From an uncultured Gammaproteobacteria bacterium (lineage in GTDB: Bacteria; Pseudomonadota; Gammaproteobacteria; JACCXJ01), in the NCBI GenBank assembly GCA_963764725.1, contig CAVXTM010000011.1:1-64000 (forward strand): 64,000 nt of DNA, in the 5' to 3' direction. The notes under the pieces are model-generated. The model had not been told where the DNA came from, did not search any database, and saw nothing but the letters and a program-made list of their open reading frames with translations. The position numbers and the translations under genes were made by a program. Below are positions 49,317-58,679 of the stretch, one piece after another. Within the stretch, counting starts at the first letter, position 1. Each line of letters begins with the position of its first letter.

Positions 49317-50395
49317 AAGCGACCCGCGTCTTTCAGCTCACCGCGCTGGTGCTCGTGATCGTCTCCGTCGTGCAGGTCGGCTGGTGGTTGTTCGATCAAT
49401 ACGATTACACGACGGAGAAGGTGCAGGTCGCTCGTGAGCTGCATGCGCGGGAGGTCGCCGCTGCGCAGGCATTGCTGGATTCCGGCGTATCCGCCGACCG
49501 CGTACGAGAGCTTGTGCCGGAAGTGAGCGTGGAGGGCGGAAAGGCGAGCTTTCCCGCCAGCGTGAGCCAGGCGCTGGACAACGAACGCGATCGGCGCATC
49601 AATCAATATGCATGGGAGAGCGCATTCTTCTTGCTCGCGCTTACCGTGTGCATCGCGGTTATCTGGCGGGCCTTGCGTGCCGAAGCGCGGGTGTTCCAGG
49701 AACAGGACAGCTTCCTCGCGCTCGTCTCGCATCAGTTCAAGACGCCGCTCGCGAGCCTGCAGCTGTCGCTCGAGACGATGGCGATGCGCACGCTTTCGGC
49801 CGACCAGTCGCGAACGCTTATCGACCGGATGCTCTCCGACCTCGCGCGCATGGAGATCATGGTCTCGCAGATTCTCGACAGCGTGCGTCTCGAAGGCGGG
49901 CGCGTGGATCTGAAGCGCGAGCCCCTCGATCTCTCCGCCGCCGTGGCGCGCGTGCTCAGCCAGTTCGAGGATCGCGCACGCAACGATCGCATCAAGATCG
50001 CGGGGGACATGCCGCCCGGGCTGCAGGTGCTCGCCGATCCGCTGGCCGTCGATGTCGTGGTCCGCAATCTTCTCGAGAACGCCATTGCGGCCGTCGCGCC
50101 CGTGGGCGGCGGCACGATTACGCTTGCGGCGCGGCAGTTAAACGGCGAAGTAGAGCTGACCATCCGCGACAGCGGCATCGGCTTTCGTCAGGTCGACAGT
50201 CCGCGGCTGTTCAAGAAGTTCTCGCGCCTGCATCCGGGCGGCGGCAGCCGCCACTACGGGACAGGGCTCGGGCTTTTCATCGTGCGGCGGCTCATGCAAC
50301 TGGCCGGCGGCCGTGTCAGCGCGCACAGTGATGGTGTGGGGCAGGGTGCATCGTTCGTTCTCACGTGGCCGATGGCGCCGGTGGAAAGCGCGTGA
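49313..50395 (+). CDS. Membrane sensor histidine kinase
   Basis: Two TMs, SHQFKTPL H-box, NLLENA, DSGIG, GTGLGLFIV. Confidence 0.93.
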   Translation: MKATRVFQLTALVLVIVSVVQVGWWLFDQYDYTTEKVQVARELHAREVAAAQALLDSGVSADRVRELVPEVSVEGGKASFPASVSQALDNERDRRINQYAWESAFFLLALTVCIAVIWRALRAEARVFQEQDSFLALVSHQFKTPLASLQLSLETMAMRTLSADQSRTLIDRMLSDLARMEIMVSQILDSVRLEGGRVDLKREPLDLSAAVARVLSQFEDRARNDRIKIAGDMPPGLQVLADPLAVDVVVRNLLENAIAAVAPVGGGTITLAARQLNGEVELTIRDSGIGFRQVDSPRLFKKFSRLHPGGGSRHYGTGLGLFIVRRLMQLAGGRVSAHSDGVGQGASFVLTWPMAPVESA

Positions 50396-51150
50396 CGACA
50401 CTTCCGCAAGCCTTGCGCACCGTACTGGTCGTCGAGGACGATCCGCATCTATCCGCCGGGCTCGTCGAGAATCTGCGAGCCGAGGGCTATGTGGTGCATA
50501 CGGTCGCAGAAGGCCGCGTCGCGCTCGACTGGCTGCGGGCCGACAACTGCGATCTTGTCGTGCTCGACGTGATGTTGCCGCACATCGATGGATACACGGT
50601 GTGCCGCACGATGCGCGAGAGGGGTAACAACACACCGGTATTATTTCTCACCGCACGCGGCGATCCGCAGGATCGAATTCTCGGGCTCGAAGCCGGCGGC
50701 GACGACTACCTCGCGAAGCCGTTTCATCTGCAAGAGCTCCTGCTGCGCGTGCGCGCGATCCTGCGCCGGCGCGAGTGGTATCAGAATGCCTCCGCTTCGC
50801 CGGCCGCCGCGACCTTGCGTTTCGGAGGAAACGAAGTGGACTTTCGCGCCTTCCGCGGGCGCTCGTGGAACGGCGCAACCCAGGATCTCACCGAGAAAGA
50901 AGCGATGATTCTCAAGGTGCTCGCCGAGCATCCCGGTGAGATCGTCTCGCGCGAGGATCTGCTCGAACGCGTGTGGGGCTACGACGTGTTCCCCTCGACG
51001 CGCACCGTGGACAATTTCATTTTGCGCCTGCGCAAGCGTTTCGAGCGCGATCCGGCCGATCCGCGTCACTTTCTTACCGTGTGGGGCGTGGGTTACCGGT
51101 TCCTCATCGAGGGCGCGAGCGAAGCGCAATCGCAGCCGGATCGGAGGTGA
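50392..51150 (+). CDS. OmpR-family response regulator
   Basis: VVEDD, LDVMLP, DDYLAKPF, STRTVDNFILRLRK, TVWGVGY. Confidence 0.94.
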   Translation: MTTLPQALRTVLVVEDDPHLSAGLVENLRAEGYVVHTVAEGRVALDWLRADNCDLVVLDVMLPHIDGYTVCRTMRERGNNTPVLFLTARGDPQDRILGLEAGGDDYLAKPFHLQELLLRVRAILRRREWYQNASASPAAATLRFGGNEVDFRAFRGRSWNGATQDLTEKEAMILKVLAEHPGEIVSREDLLERVWGYDVFPSTRTVDNFILRLRKRFERDPADPRHFLTVWGVGYRFLIEGASEAQSQPDRR

Positions 51151-51160
51151 GGGTCGAACC

Positions 51161-52120
51161 GTGACGCAAGCGCGCCCGCTCCGCATCGGCACACGCGCAT
51201 CGGCGCTCGCTCTGTGGCAGGCGCGGCATGTCGCCGGGCTCATCGGCCGCCAGCCCGGCGCGCCCTCTGTTGACCTGGTGCGTATCCGCACCGAAGGCGA
51301 CATGCGCAACAACGTGCCGCTCTGGGCCGTTGACGGGCGCGCCTTTTTTACGAAGGAAATCGATCGCGCGCTGCGCGCGAGCGAAATAGACGTCGCGGTT
51401 CATAGCCTCAAGGATCTCTCGACCTTGCTGGAGCCCGGGATCGATCTCGTCGCGGTTATCCAGCGCGAAGATCCGCGTGACGCGCTGCTCTGCCGGACGG
51501 AAAACTCGCTGGCGGCTCTGCCGGCCGGTGCCCGTGTCGGCACGAGCAGCCTGCGGCGCCGGGCGTTTCTCGCGCGCGCGCGGCCGGACATTCAGGCGAT
51601 CGAGCTTCGCGGAAATGTCCCCACGCGTATCGACACGCTGCAGAAGGGCGACTACGACGCGATCATTCTTGCCACGGCCGGTCTCAAACGGCTGGGGCGC
51701 GAGTCGAGCATCTCCGTGTATCTCAGCATCAGGGATTTTCCACCTGCGGTTTCGCAGGGGGCCATCGGTGTCTGCGCGCGCTCGGGCGACGCAGAAACAT
51801 TACTTTGGCTGCGGCAACTGGACGATCCGGCCACGCGGCTCGCGACGACCGCTGAGCGCACGCTCCTGCGTTGCATCGAAGGCGGCTGTCAGGTTCCGCT
51901 CGGCGCGCTCGCCACTCTGGATGACGAAACGTTGAGCGCCTATGCCGCCGTATGCGCGCACGACGGCTCTACAATGGTGAATGCCGAAGGCACCGTCGCG
52001 GCGACGCCCGCCAATGCTGTGGCTCTTGGTGAGCGGCTGGCGGAAGCGCTGCTCGCGAAAGGCGCGGGTTTCATCATTGCGCGCGAGCGCGCCACTCCCC
52101 GGGTGGTGGAGGCACCGTGA
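51161..52120 (+). CDS. hemC: Hydroxymethylbilane synthase
   Basis: IGTRASALALWQA, AVHSLKD, GTSSLRR, LRGNVPTR, EGGCQVPLGA. Confidence 0.96.
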   Translation: MTQARPLRIGTRASALALWQARHVAGLIGRQPGAPSVDLVRIRTEGDMRNNVPLWAVDGRAFFTKEIDRALRASEIDVAVHSLKDLSTLLEPGIDLVAVIQREDPRDALLCRTENSLAALPAGARVGTSSLRRRAFLARARPDIQAIELRGNVPTRIDTLQKGDYDAIILATAGLKRLGRESSISVYLSIRDFPPAVSQGAIGVCARSGDAETLLWLRQLDDPATRLATTAERTLLRCIEGGCQVPLGALATLDDETLSAYAAVCAHDGSTMVNAEGTVAATPANAVALGERLAEALLAKGAGFIIARERATPRVVEAP

Positions 52121-52881
52121 GCACGCCGGGCGCAGAGTTCCCTCCGGTCGTGGTGACGCGCGCCGAAGCGAGCGATGGGCCGTTGAGCTCGCAGCTTCGC
52201 AGCCTCGGCTTGCAGGTTCTCCTGTGGCCTGCGGTCCGCGTGACCGCGGCCGATAGCCCGCTTCTCGAAGCGACGCTCGGGCGCCTACACGATTTCGACT
52301 GGATTGTCTTTGCAAGCCGCCACGCGGTCGCCGCAGTCACTGCGCGTGTCTCCGTGCCGCCCGCCAATCTCCGCGTAGCCGCAGTCGGTCAGGCCACGGC
52401 GCAGGTGCTGCGCCATTGCGGCTGGCGCGTGGACCTCGTGCCAGGCGATGCAAATGCCGGCGCGCTCGTTGCCGCATTCGCGCAGATCGCTCGCGTCGGA
52501 ATACGTGTTCTCTTTCCCGCAAGCTCGCGTGCGTTGCCGACTCTCTGGAAAGGGCTCACGCAGCTGGGCGCCCTCGTCACGCAGGTCGAGGCTTATCGCA
52601 CCGATCCTTCGCCGCTCGATGTCGACGACTGTCGCTCGTGGATCGAGCGCGACGCGATCGGCGCCGTCACATTCGCGAGCCCATCTGCGGTCGTCGAGAT
52701 CGCGCGCGCACTCGGCAAAACGGACTTCGAGAGGCTTCTCACGAATGCGGCCGCGGTCGCGATCGGTCCGACGACGGCGCGCGCGCTCACGGAGCGGGGC
52801 CGCGCGTCAGTGCTCGCCGAGTCCGCCACGCTGCGCGGCCTAGCAAACACCACTTTGCGCCTGATTCAAACGAGGCATTGA
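52117..52881 (+). CDS. hemD: Uroporphyrinogen-III synthase
   Basis: VVVTR, DWIVFAS..AV, AVG.ATA, FASPSAV, AIGPTTA. Confidence 0.92.
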   Translation: MSTPGAEFPPVVVTRAEASDGPLSSQLRSLGLQVLLWPAVRVTAADSPLLEATLGRLHDFDWIVFASRHAVAAVTARVSVPPANLRVAAVGQATAQVLRHCGWRVDLVPGDANAGALVAAFAQIARVGIRVLFPASSRALPTLWKGLTQLGALVTQVEAYRTDPSPLDVDDCRSWIERDAIGAVTFASPSAVVEIARALGKTDFERLLTNAAAVAIGPTTARALTERGRASVLAESATLRGLANTTLRLIQTRH

Positions 52882-52883
52882 CC

Positions 52884-53861
52884 ATGACATTTCCGCTGCA
52901 CAGACCGCGTCGCCTGCGCCAGTCCGAAACCTGGCGGCGCGTCGTCACCGAGACGCGTCTCACGCGCGATGCGCTCGTGTATCCACTCTTCGTCGTACCC
53001 GGCCGGAGCGTGCGCCGCCCCGTGGAAAGCATGCCTGGCATCTTCCAGCTCTCCGTCAACGAGGTCGTCGCTGAAGCAAAACGTGCTGCGGATCTGGGTG
53101 TACCGGCGGTGCTGCTGTTCGCCGCTCCCGCACACAAAGATGCGCGCGGGAGCGCGGCGCTCGATCCGAAGGGTCTCGTTCCACAGTCGATTGCCGCAAT
53201 CAAGCGCGCATGCCCGAAGCTTCTCGTTTGGGCCGATGTCTGCCTTTGCAGCGCGACCGATCACGGACATTGCGGGCACGTTCTGCCGTCCGGCGCGATC
53301 GACAACGATCCTTCGGTCGAGACCTTGGCCCAGGTTGCATTGAACTATGCGCGCGCCGGTGCCGACTCGGTCGCGCCGAGCGACATGATGGACGGGCGTG
53401 TGCTGGCGATCCGTCAGTTGCTCGATCGGAACGGCTACGCCAACACGCCGATCGTTTCCTATGCGGCCAAATATGCCTCCGCATTCTACGGACCGTTTCG
53501 CGAGGCGGCGGAATCGGCCCCCGCTTTCGGCGATCGTCGCTCCTACCAGCTCGATCCGGCGAACGCGCGCGAAGCCTTGCGTGAGGTGCTTCTCGACGTT
53601 GAAGAGGGTGCCGACCTCGTCATGGTGAAGCCGGCCGGCGCGTATCTGGACATCATCCGACGCGTGCGTGACGCCGTGCAGGTGCCGGTCGTTGCGTACC
53701 AGGTTTCAGGTGAATACAGCCTCATCAAGGCGGCGAGCGAGCGCGGCTGGATCGACGAGCGCGCCGCGGCGTTCGAAACACTCACGGGCATCAAACGCGC
53801 GGGAGCGGATCTCATCATCACCTACTACGCGCCGGATGCGGCGAAATGGTTGCGGGAATGA
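52884..53861 (+). CDS. hemB: Porphobilinogen synthase (Zn-binding type)
   Basis: RPRRLR, DVCLC...DHGHCG, APSDMMDGRV, MVKP, AYQVSGEY. Confidence 0.97.
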   Translation: MTFPLHRPRRLRQSETWRRVVTETRLTRDALVYPLFVVPGRSVRRPVESMPGIFQLSVNEVVAEAKRAADLGVPAVLLFAAPAHKDARGSAALDPKGLVPQSIAAIKRACPKLLVWADVCLCSATDHGHCGHVLPSGAIDNDPSVETLAQVALNYARAGADSVAPSDMMDGRVLAIRQLLDRNGYANTPIVSYAAKYASAFYGPFREAAESAPAFGDRRSYQLDPANAREALREVLLDVEEGADLVMVKPAGAYLDIIRRVRDAVQVPVVAYQVSGEYSLIKAASERGWIDERAAAFETLTGIKRAGADLIITYYAPDAAKWLRE

Positions 53862-54380
53862 ACGTGCCGGCCGCGAGAAACCTCGCCCGACGCCGTTGCA
53901 CGGCTGGTGGACTACTTGCACGTCTGGCGTTAAGGCGATTAGCTACGATTCGGTAAACATGTGTCGTTGGGTATCGAAACGCGGATTCTTACCGAACAGT
54001 TTTTCGCGCCCGCTAATCACCAACGCCACTATGAAATTCAATGCAGATATGCCGGTTAGGAACTCCAAGCCTGTACTGATCATCTGCATCGAATAGCGGG
54101 CGGTCGTTGCCGGCGCCGTTGCTTCGGTGGCGTAATACCACAACTGGGTCATCACAAGAGCCGCCAATGCCCAGCGCAGCCAGAACCATCCTCGCCGCAG
54201 GAAATACTGGCTCTTCGTTTCACGAGCTTGGGTATACGCCGATCGATAGGCGTTCGAGAGCTATTGCGGTTCATCATGCCGCCCGCCCCGAACAGTGCGA
54301 TTTTCATAGTGACCTCCTGACACGCAAATGATCAACCGATCTTTAGCGTGCTGATCCATGACTGTTTCCTCATCTATCCA

Positions 54381-54641
54381 CTATTCGATCAACAACTCAT
54401 CGGGGTAGCACCACAGCCAGTCCTCACGCGGCTCGTGCGACTGGATAATCGGATGCTGTGTCTTGTGATAGTGCCTGGTGGCGTGCTTGTTCTTGGAATC
54501 GTCGCAGCAGCCGACATGCCCGCAAGTCAGGCACAGGCGCAGATGCACCCAGGTGTCCCCGATTGCCAGACACTCCTCGCAGCCGTTCGCACTGGGTGTG
54601 ACTGGTCGGATCTGATTCACATGAACGCATGGTCTGGACAT
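54381..54641 (-). CDS. UBP-type zinc-finger protein
   Basis: C.H, GCEECL, WVHLRLCLTCGHVGCCDDSKNKHATRH. Confidence 0.93.
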   Translation of the reverse strand: MSRPCVHVNQIRPVTPSANGCEECLAIGDTWVHLRLCLTCGHVGCCDDSKNKHATRHYHKTQHPIIQSHEPREDWLWCYPDELLIE

Positions 54642-54674
54642 GATTATCTCCTTGCTTATGAGATGATCTAGGCG

Positions 54675-55040
54675 TCAATTGGAAGCGAGGTATTCGTGCA
54701 CGAATTGCACAGCCATCGCCCCTTCGCCTACTGCGGAGGCAACACGCCTGGTGGAGCCACAGCGCACATCGCCCGCGGCAAAGGTGCCAGGAAGGCTGGT
54801 CTCGAGCAGAAATGGCTGGCGGCGAAGCGGCCACGACTGCGCAATCTGCAGTCCGGTCTTCACAAATCCGTTACCATCAACCTCAATCGCGACGATCGCA
54901 ACCTCGCCGCTCTTCACCGCGAAGACCTTAAAATCGCGTTCGCCCGCGGCAAAGAGCGTTTCTCCTTGCGCAAACGATTTGAGCATTGCAAATTTCGCCA
55001 ATGCCGATCCTTGCTCGTCGTCGAGCATTGGGAAATGCAC
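54675..55040 (-). pseudogene. cNMP-domain thioredoxin-reductase-like gene reduced to head plus tail
   Basis: cNMP start (FP.L...Q, GETLF..GER, VKSGEVAIV) fused in frame to the C-terminus (GFVKTG, LETSLPG.FAAGDVR.GS.RRVASAVGEG). Confidence 0.85.
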
Positions 55041-55133
55041 TGGGATCTCGCTTGAGAGCCATAACGCTTAAAAACGCAGCGGCTTGATCGGTGCTGTTAC
55101 CACCTTGGGCTTTTGCTGGCGACATGGCCTGCG

Positions 55134-56300
55134 TCATCTCCATCGCTCGTCCACACAGGGCTTGGGTTGTTCGCCGCGTTCCTGGGGAAGGCTGGGATAG
55201 TCGGTATAGCCTTTGGCGCCGCCGCCGTAATAGGTGGACGGATCGTCGGCGTTGAGCGGGGCGCGCGAGCGGAAACGCTCGGGCAGGTCAGGATTCGCGA
55301 GAAACTTGCGGCCGAAAGCAATCAAATCCGCCTTGCCCCGGCCAAGCCATTCCTCGGCACTGTCATGATCGAAGCCGCCAGCGAGGATGAGGGTCCCGCG
55401 ATATTTTTCCCGCATCAGCTCGAGCATACGCAATGCGCGAGAGTCGGGTTCGCCGCCTTTCTCCATCGCGGCAGCGCCTGGGTTGATAACGTGCAGATAA
55501 GCGAGGTTGTGCTCGTTAAGCCCTTCGGCGATGTATCCAAACGTCGCTTCCGGATGGTCGTCGCTGACATCGTTAAATGTTCCGAGCGGCGATAGTCTTA
55601 CGCCGACCCGATTCCCGCCCCAGATTGCACAGACCGCGGCGACCACTTGCAGCAGCAGCCGGGCCCGGTTCTCGATTGCACCGCCGTACTCATCGGCGCG
55701 GCGATTAGTGCTCGAATTGATGAACTGGTCCAGCAGATAACCGTTGGCGGCGTGGATCTCGATGCCGTCGAATCCGGCGTCGAGCGCGTTCCGAGCGCCT
55801 CGCACGTATTGCTGGACGATGAGGGGCATCTCTTCGGTTACCAAGGCGCGCGGAGTCACAAACGGAACGAGCGCCCCCTCGCCCATGTCGTTTTCTATGA
55901 AGGCTTCGCCGGGTGGCCTGATGGCTGAGGGCGCGACCGGCAGCATGCCATCGGGTTGTAATGAAGGATGGGAAATGCGGCCGACATGCCAAAGCTGGAG
56001 GAAGATCAAGCCACCGGCTTCATGCACCGCGTCGGTGACTTCCCGCCAGCCCGCAACCTGTTCGCGGCTGTGGATCCCCGGAGTCCACGCATAGCCCTGG
56101 CCCTGCATCGAGACCTGCGTCGCTTCGGCAATGATGAGCGCAGCGGAGGCGCGCTGGGCGTAATAACATGCGTTGAGCCGCGTCGGAACATTGCCGGGTT
56201 GACCTGCCCGCGAGCGAGTCAGCGGGGCCATGACGATACGGTGGGGTAGTTTGTAGTGCCCGAGGTTTACCGGCTCAAACAGTATCGAACCTGCTGACAT
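55134..56300 (-). CDS. Old yellow enzyme / NemA-type alkene reductase
   Basis: MAPLTRSR, QLWHVGRISH, IEIHAANGYLLDQF, ANPDLP.R, GYTDYP; start trimmed to MSAGS. Confidence 0.94.
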   Translation of the reverse strand: MSAGSILFEPVNLGHYKLPHRIVMAPLTRSRAGQPGNVPTRLNACYYAQRASAALIIAEATQVSMQGQGYAWTPGIHSREQVAGWREVTDAVHEAGGLIFLQLWHVGRISHPSLQPDGMLPVAPSAIRPPGEAFIENDMGEGALVPFVTPRALVTEEMPLIVQQYVRGARNALDAGFDGIEIHAANGYLLDQFINSSTNRRADEYGGAIENRARLLLQVVAAVCAIWGGNRVGVRLSPLGTFNDVSDDHPEATFGYIAEGLNEHNLAYLHVINPGAAAMEKGGEPDSRALRMLELMREKYRGTLILAGGFDHDSAEEWLGRGKADLIAFGRKFLANPDLPERFRSRAPLNADDPSTYYGGGAKGYTDYPSLPQERGEQPKPCVDERWR

Positions 56301-56309
56301 AACGATCAT

Positions 56310-56500
56310 CCGGGAAGCTTTGCCGTGAGGATCAATGATGTACTTCTTCGGCGAGCCGTCGTCGAACTTCCGGTAGGCCTCGAGCGCTTTGTCGAGCGAG
56401 ACGACTTCGGCATTCATGACCTCTTTCAGAGTAGTCCAGCCGACCACACAGAATCGCCATCATCAGGTCACGGCTGTACTTGACCACAGGCAATGGCCGG
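56310..56500 (-). pseudogene. C-terminal fragment of a glutathione-independent formaldehyde dehydrogenase-like gene
   Basis: PVVKYSRDLMMAIL and NAEVVSLD.A.EAY.KFD.G.PKKYIIDPHG in two frames. Confidence 0.7.
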
Positions 56501-56691
56501 CCGTCATGCTCGGTGACTTGATCCATGCCTACTCTTAGCATCGGGATCGCGAACAACCATACCTTACTGCTCCGTGCTAGCGTGACTGTCACTACGCTCT
56601 AAGCTACATACCTTACCCTCCGCAAGTGCTTACTGAAACCTGCGGGGATCGGGTAGTCCGCGCAAGGTGGCGGCGCACAGCACGTCGTATC

Positions 56692-57198
56692 CTAGCGGAC
56701 TTCGACCTGGATCACGCGAGGCCGCGCGGTCTCTGCCTTGGGCAGCTCCACCTTCAGCACGCCGTGGCGGTAGGCCGCCTTGGCCTTGTCCGCCTGCACC
56801 GGCGCCGGTAGCGGGAGAGTACGCTGAAACCTCCCATAGGCGCGCTGCAAAAGGCGGTAGCGGCCTTCACTCTCCTCATGCTCGAAGCGCTTCTCGCCCC
56901 GCACCACCAGCACATCGTCCCGGACCTCGAGATCCAGGTCCTCGGCCTCGAGGCCCGGTACCTCCAGGCGCACCACTACCCGCCGCTCGTCTTCGAACAC
57001 CTCACCCGCAAGCAGCGCCCAGGAGGGTGCCGTGAATGGAAAGGGGCCCTCATTCGAGCGCACCGGGATACCCGACTTCGCGCTCGGGCGGAAGCGGGTA
57101 AGCGCGCTCGCTGCCCGCTCCCGGATATGATTCCAGCCCTCGGAAAGCGACTCCCAGACCTCTTCGAGGCTGTGCTTAAGTTTAGTCAATGCGTTCAT
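56692..57198 (-). CDS. Hsp20/alpha-crystallin protein
   Basis: LEVPGL, VRGEKR, AYGRFQR.LPLP, YRHGVLKVELPK. Confidence 0.93.
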   Translation of the reverse strand: MNALTKLKHSLEEVWESLSEGWNHIRERAASALTRFRPSAKSGIPVRSNEGPFPFTAPSWALLAGEVFEDERRVVVRLEVPGLEAEDLDLEVRDDVLVVRGEKRFEHEESEGRYRLLQRAYGRFQRTLPLPAPVQADKAKAAYRHGVLKVELPKAETARPRVIQVEVR

Positions 57199-57205
57199 GT
57201 TTAGC

Positions 57206-57592
57206 TCACCCCACGCTTACGTCGATGCGCCGCGGCTTGGCGGCCTCGGTCTTGGGGATGCGGAGCGTGAGCACCCCGTCCTTGAGCGAGGCGTTCACCC
57301 TCGTTCCATCCAGCTCACGGCTCAGTGTGAAGCTGCGCCGGTAGACGATCAGCGGCGGGACCTCGGCGTAGACCGGTTCCGTGCCTGTAGATACGTCGAG
57401 ACTCGCTACGCCTTCGACCATCAGGGTATCACCGTCCACGCGCACCTGCAGCCTATCTTTGGCGAGCCCCGGCAGATCGGCCGACAGGGTAATGCCCGAC
57501 TCGTCCTCGACCACGTCGACCGGAGGTCGCACCTCGGTAGCGGCGACGGGCTTTGCCTCCTCGCGTTCGCTTAGCTCTTGCTTCTCGCTCAT
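57206..57592 (-). CDS. Hsp20/alpha-crystallin protein
   Basis: PPVDVVE, ADLPG, YRRSFTLSRELD, ASLKDGVLTLRIPK; start MSEKQE. Confidence 0.93.
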   Translation of the reverse strand: MSEKQELSEREEAKPVAATEVRPPVDVVEDESGITLSADLPGLAKDRLQVRVDGDTLMVEGVASLDVSTGTEPVYAEVPPLIVYRRSFTLSRELDGTRVNASLKDGVLTLRIPKTEAAKPRRIDVSVG

Positions 57593-57620
57593 GACTTTTT
57601 CTCCTCTGTACGGAACAGAA

Positions 57621-58073
57621 TCATTGGATCTCGATGCGGCGCGGCTTGGCCTCTTCGCGCCGGTTTGCAGTGATGCGGAGCACGCCATCTCGGTACTGGG
57701 CCGCGACGCGCGCCGGATCAGCGTCCTCGGGTAAACTGATGACTCGCTTAAACGCCCCCGCGAAGCGCTCCTTCGCGTAGACGTTGATCTTGTCGGTCTC
57801 CGCTGGCAGGTCGGCGCTACGCTCACCAGCGATGGTCAGCAGGCCTCGGTCGATGGACATCTGGAGCTTGCTCGGGTCGATGCCCGGTGCCAACGCCCAG
57901 ATCTCGATCGCATCGGGCCTACTACCAATGGTGATCGCCGGAAAGGCCCCGCGACCCACGGCGCGGATGCTCACCGGTCTACCCGCCCCTCCGAACACCT
58001 GCTCCATCTCGCGCTGCATGCGCTCGAATTCGCCCAGAATATCACCCGGCAACCTCAACAAGGACTCGTACAT
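57621..58073 (-). CDS. Hsp20/alpha-crystallin protein
   Basis: APGIDP, ERFAG.FKR.ISLPED.DP, YRDGVL; RBS ggagg. Confidence 0.93.
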   Translation of the reverse strand: MYESLLRLPGDILGEFERMQREMEQVFGGAGRPVSIRAVGRGAFPAITIGSRPDAIEIWALAPGIDPSKLQMSIDRGLLTIAGERSADLPAETDKINVYAKERFAGAFKRVISLPEDADPARVAAQYRDGVLRITANRREEAKPRRIEIQ

Positions 58074-58679
58074 GGCCTATACCTCCTCGAATAGTGGCTG
58101 ATGCCGTAGTGGTAAGCGCAAGCGTCGTTCCACAACGGCAGCCAAGGAACGCCCTGGCCTAACTTGCGATATTCAGGACAGATTCGATTGCAGGAGCCGA
58201 GTAGCGAATGACGAGGGGTGATCGGATGCCGAAGCAAGCTGCCGAATGGCCGTCAGCGCTGCCGGAGGGTGGGCATTCGAAGCGGGGTGACCACCGCAGG
58301 TGCAGCCGCGCCGCCCAAGGTGCGCTGCTCGAGCGAGGGCAATGCTTGCGAGGAAGACCCCGAATCATGCGCAGCTCGCGGTTGGAGACCAGTGATGCTA
58401 TACAGGTGGTTGGATCCTGATGTAAAGTTCTGCATTGCGGAAAGGGTGACCATCTGGCGCTGAAGGCGCGGGGGCCACACGGGGATGCAATGTCCACGGA
58501 TGGCTCTATAGAGGGTAAAGACAGTGCCGCCAGAGAACGACAGCAATCACGCGCTGGACCATCTCGGTGCCGACCCCTGGGAGCCGATACGGATCACGTC
58601 TTGGCGAATACCGGCACATCTGCGCCTTCTTTCACGCCCCTGAGGAAGAGTACCAATGGCACTAACATCGTCCTGAGCC

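Noticed and set aside
53943-54308. MKIALFGAGG start and a hydrophobic 74-aa ORF
   Set aside because: Looks like fused remnants (a Rossmann start plus a membrane fragment), too short to assign.
56301-56447. N-terminal extension of the OYE ORF as a real domain fusion
   Set aside because: It is the tail of a broken dehydrogenase gene that happens to be in frame; the OYE has its own Met at 56300.
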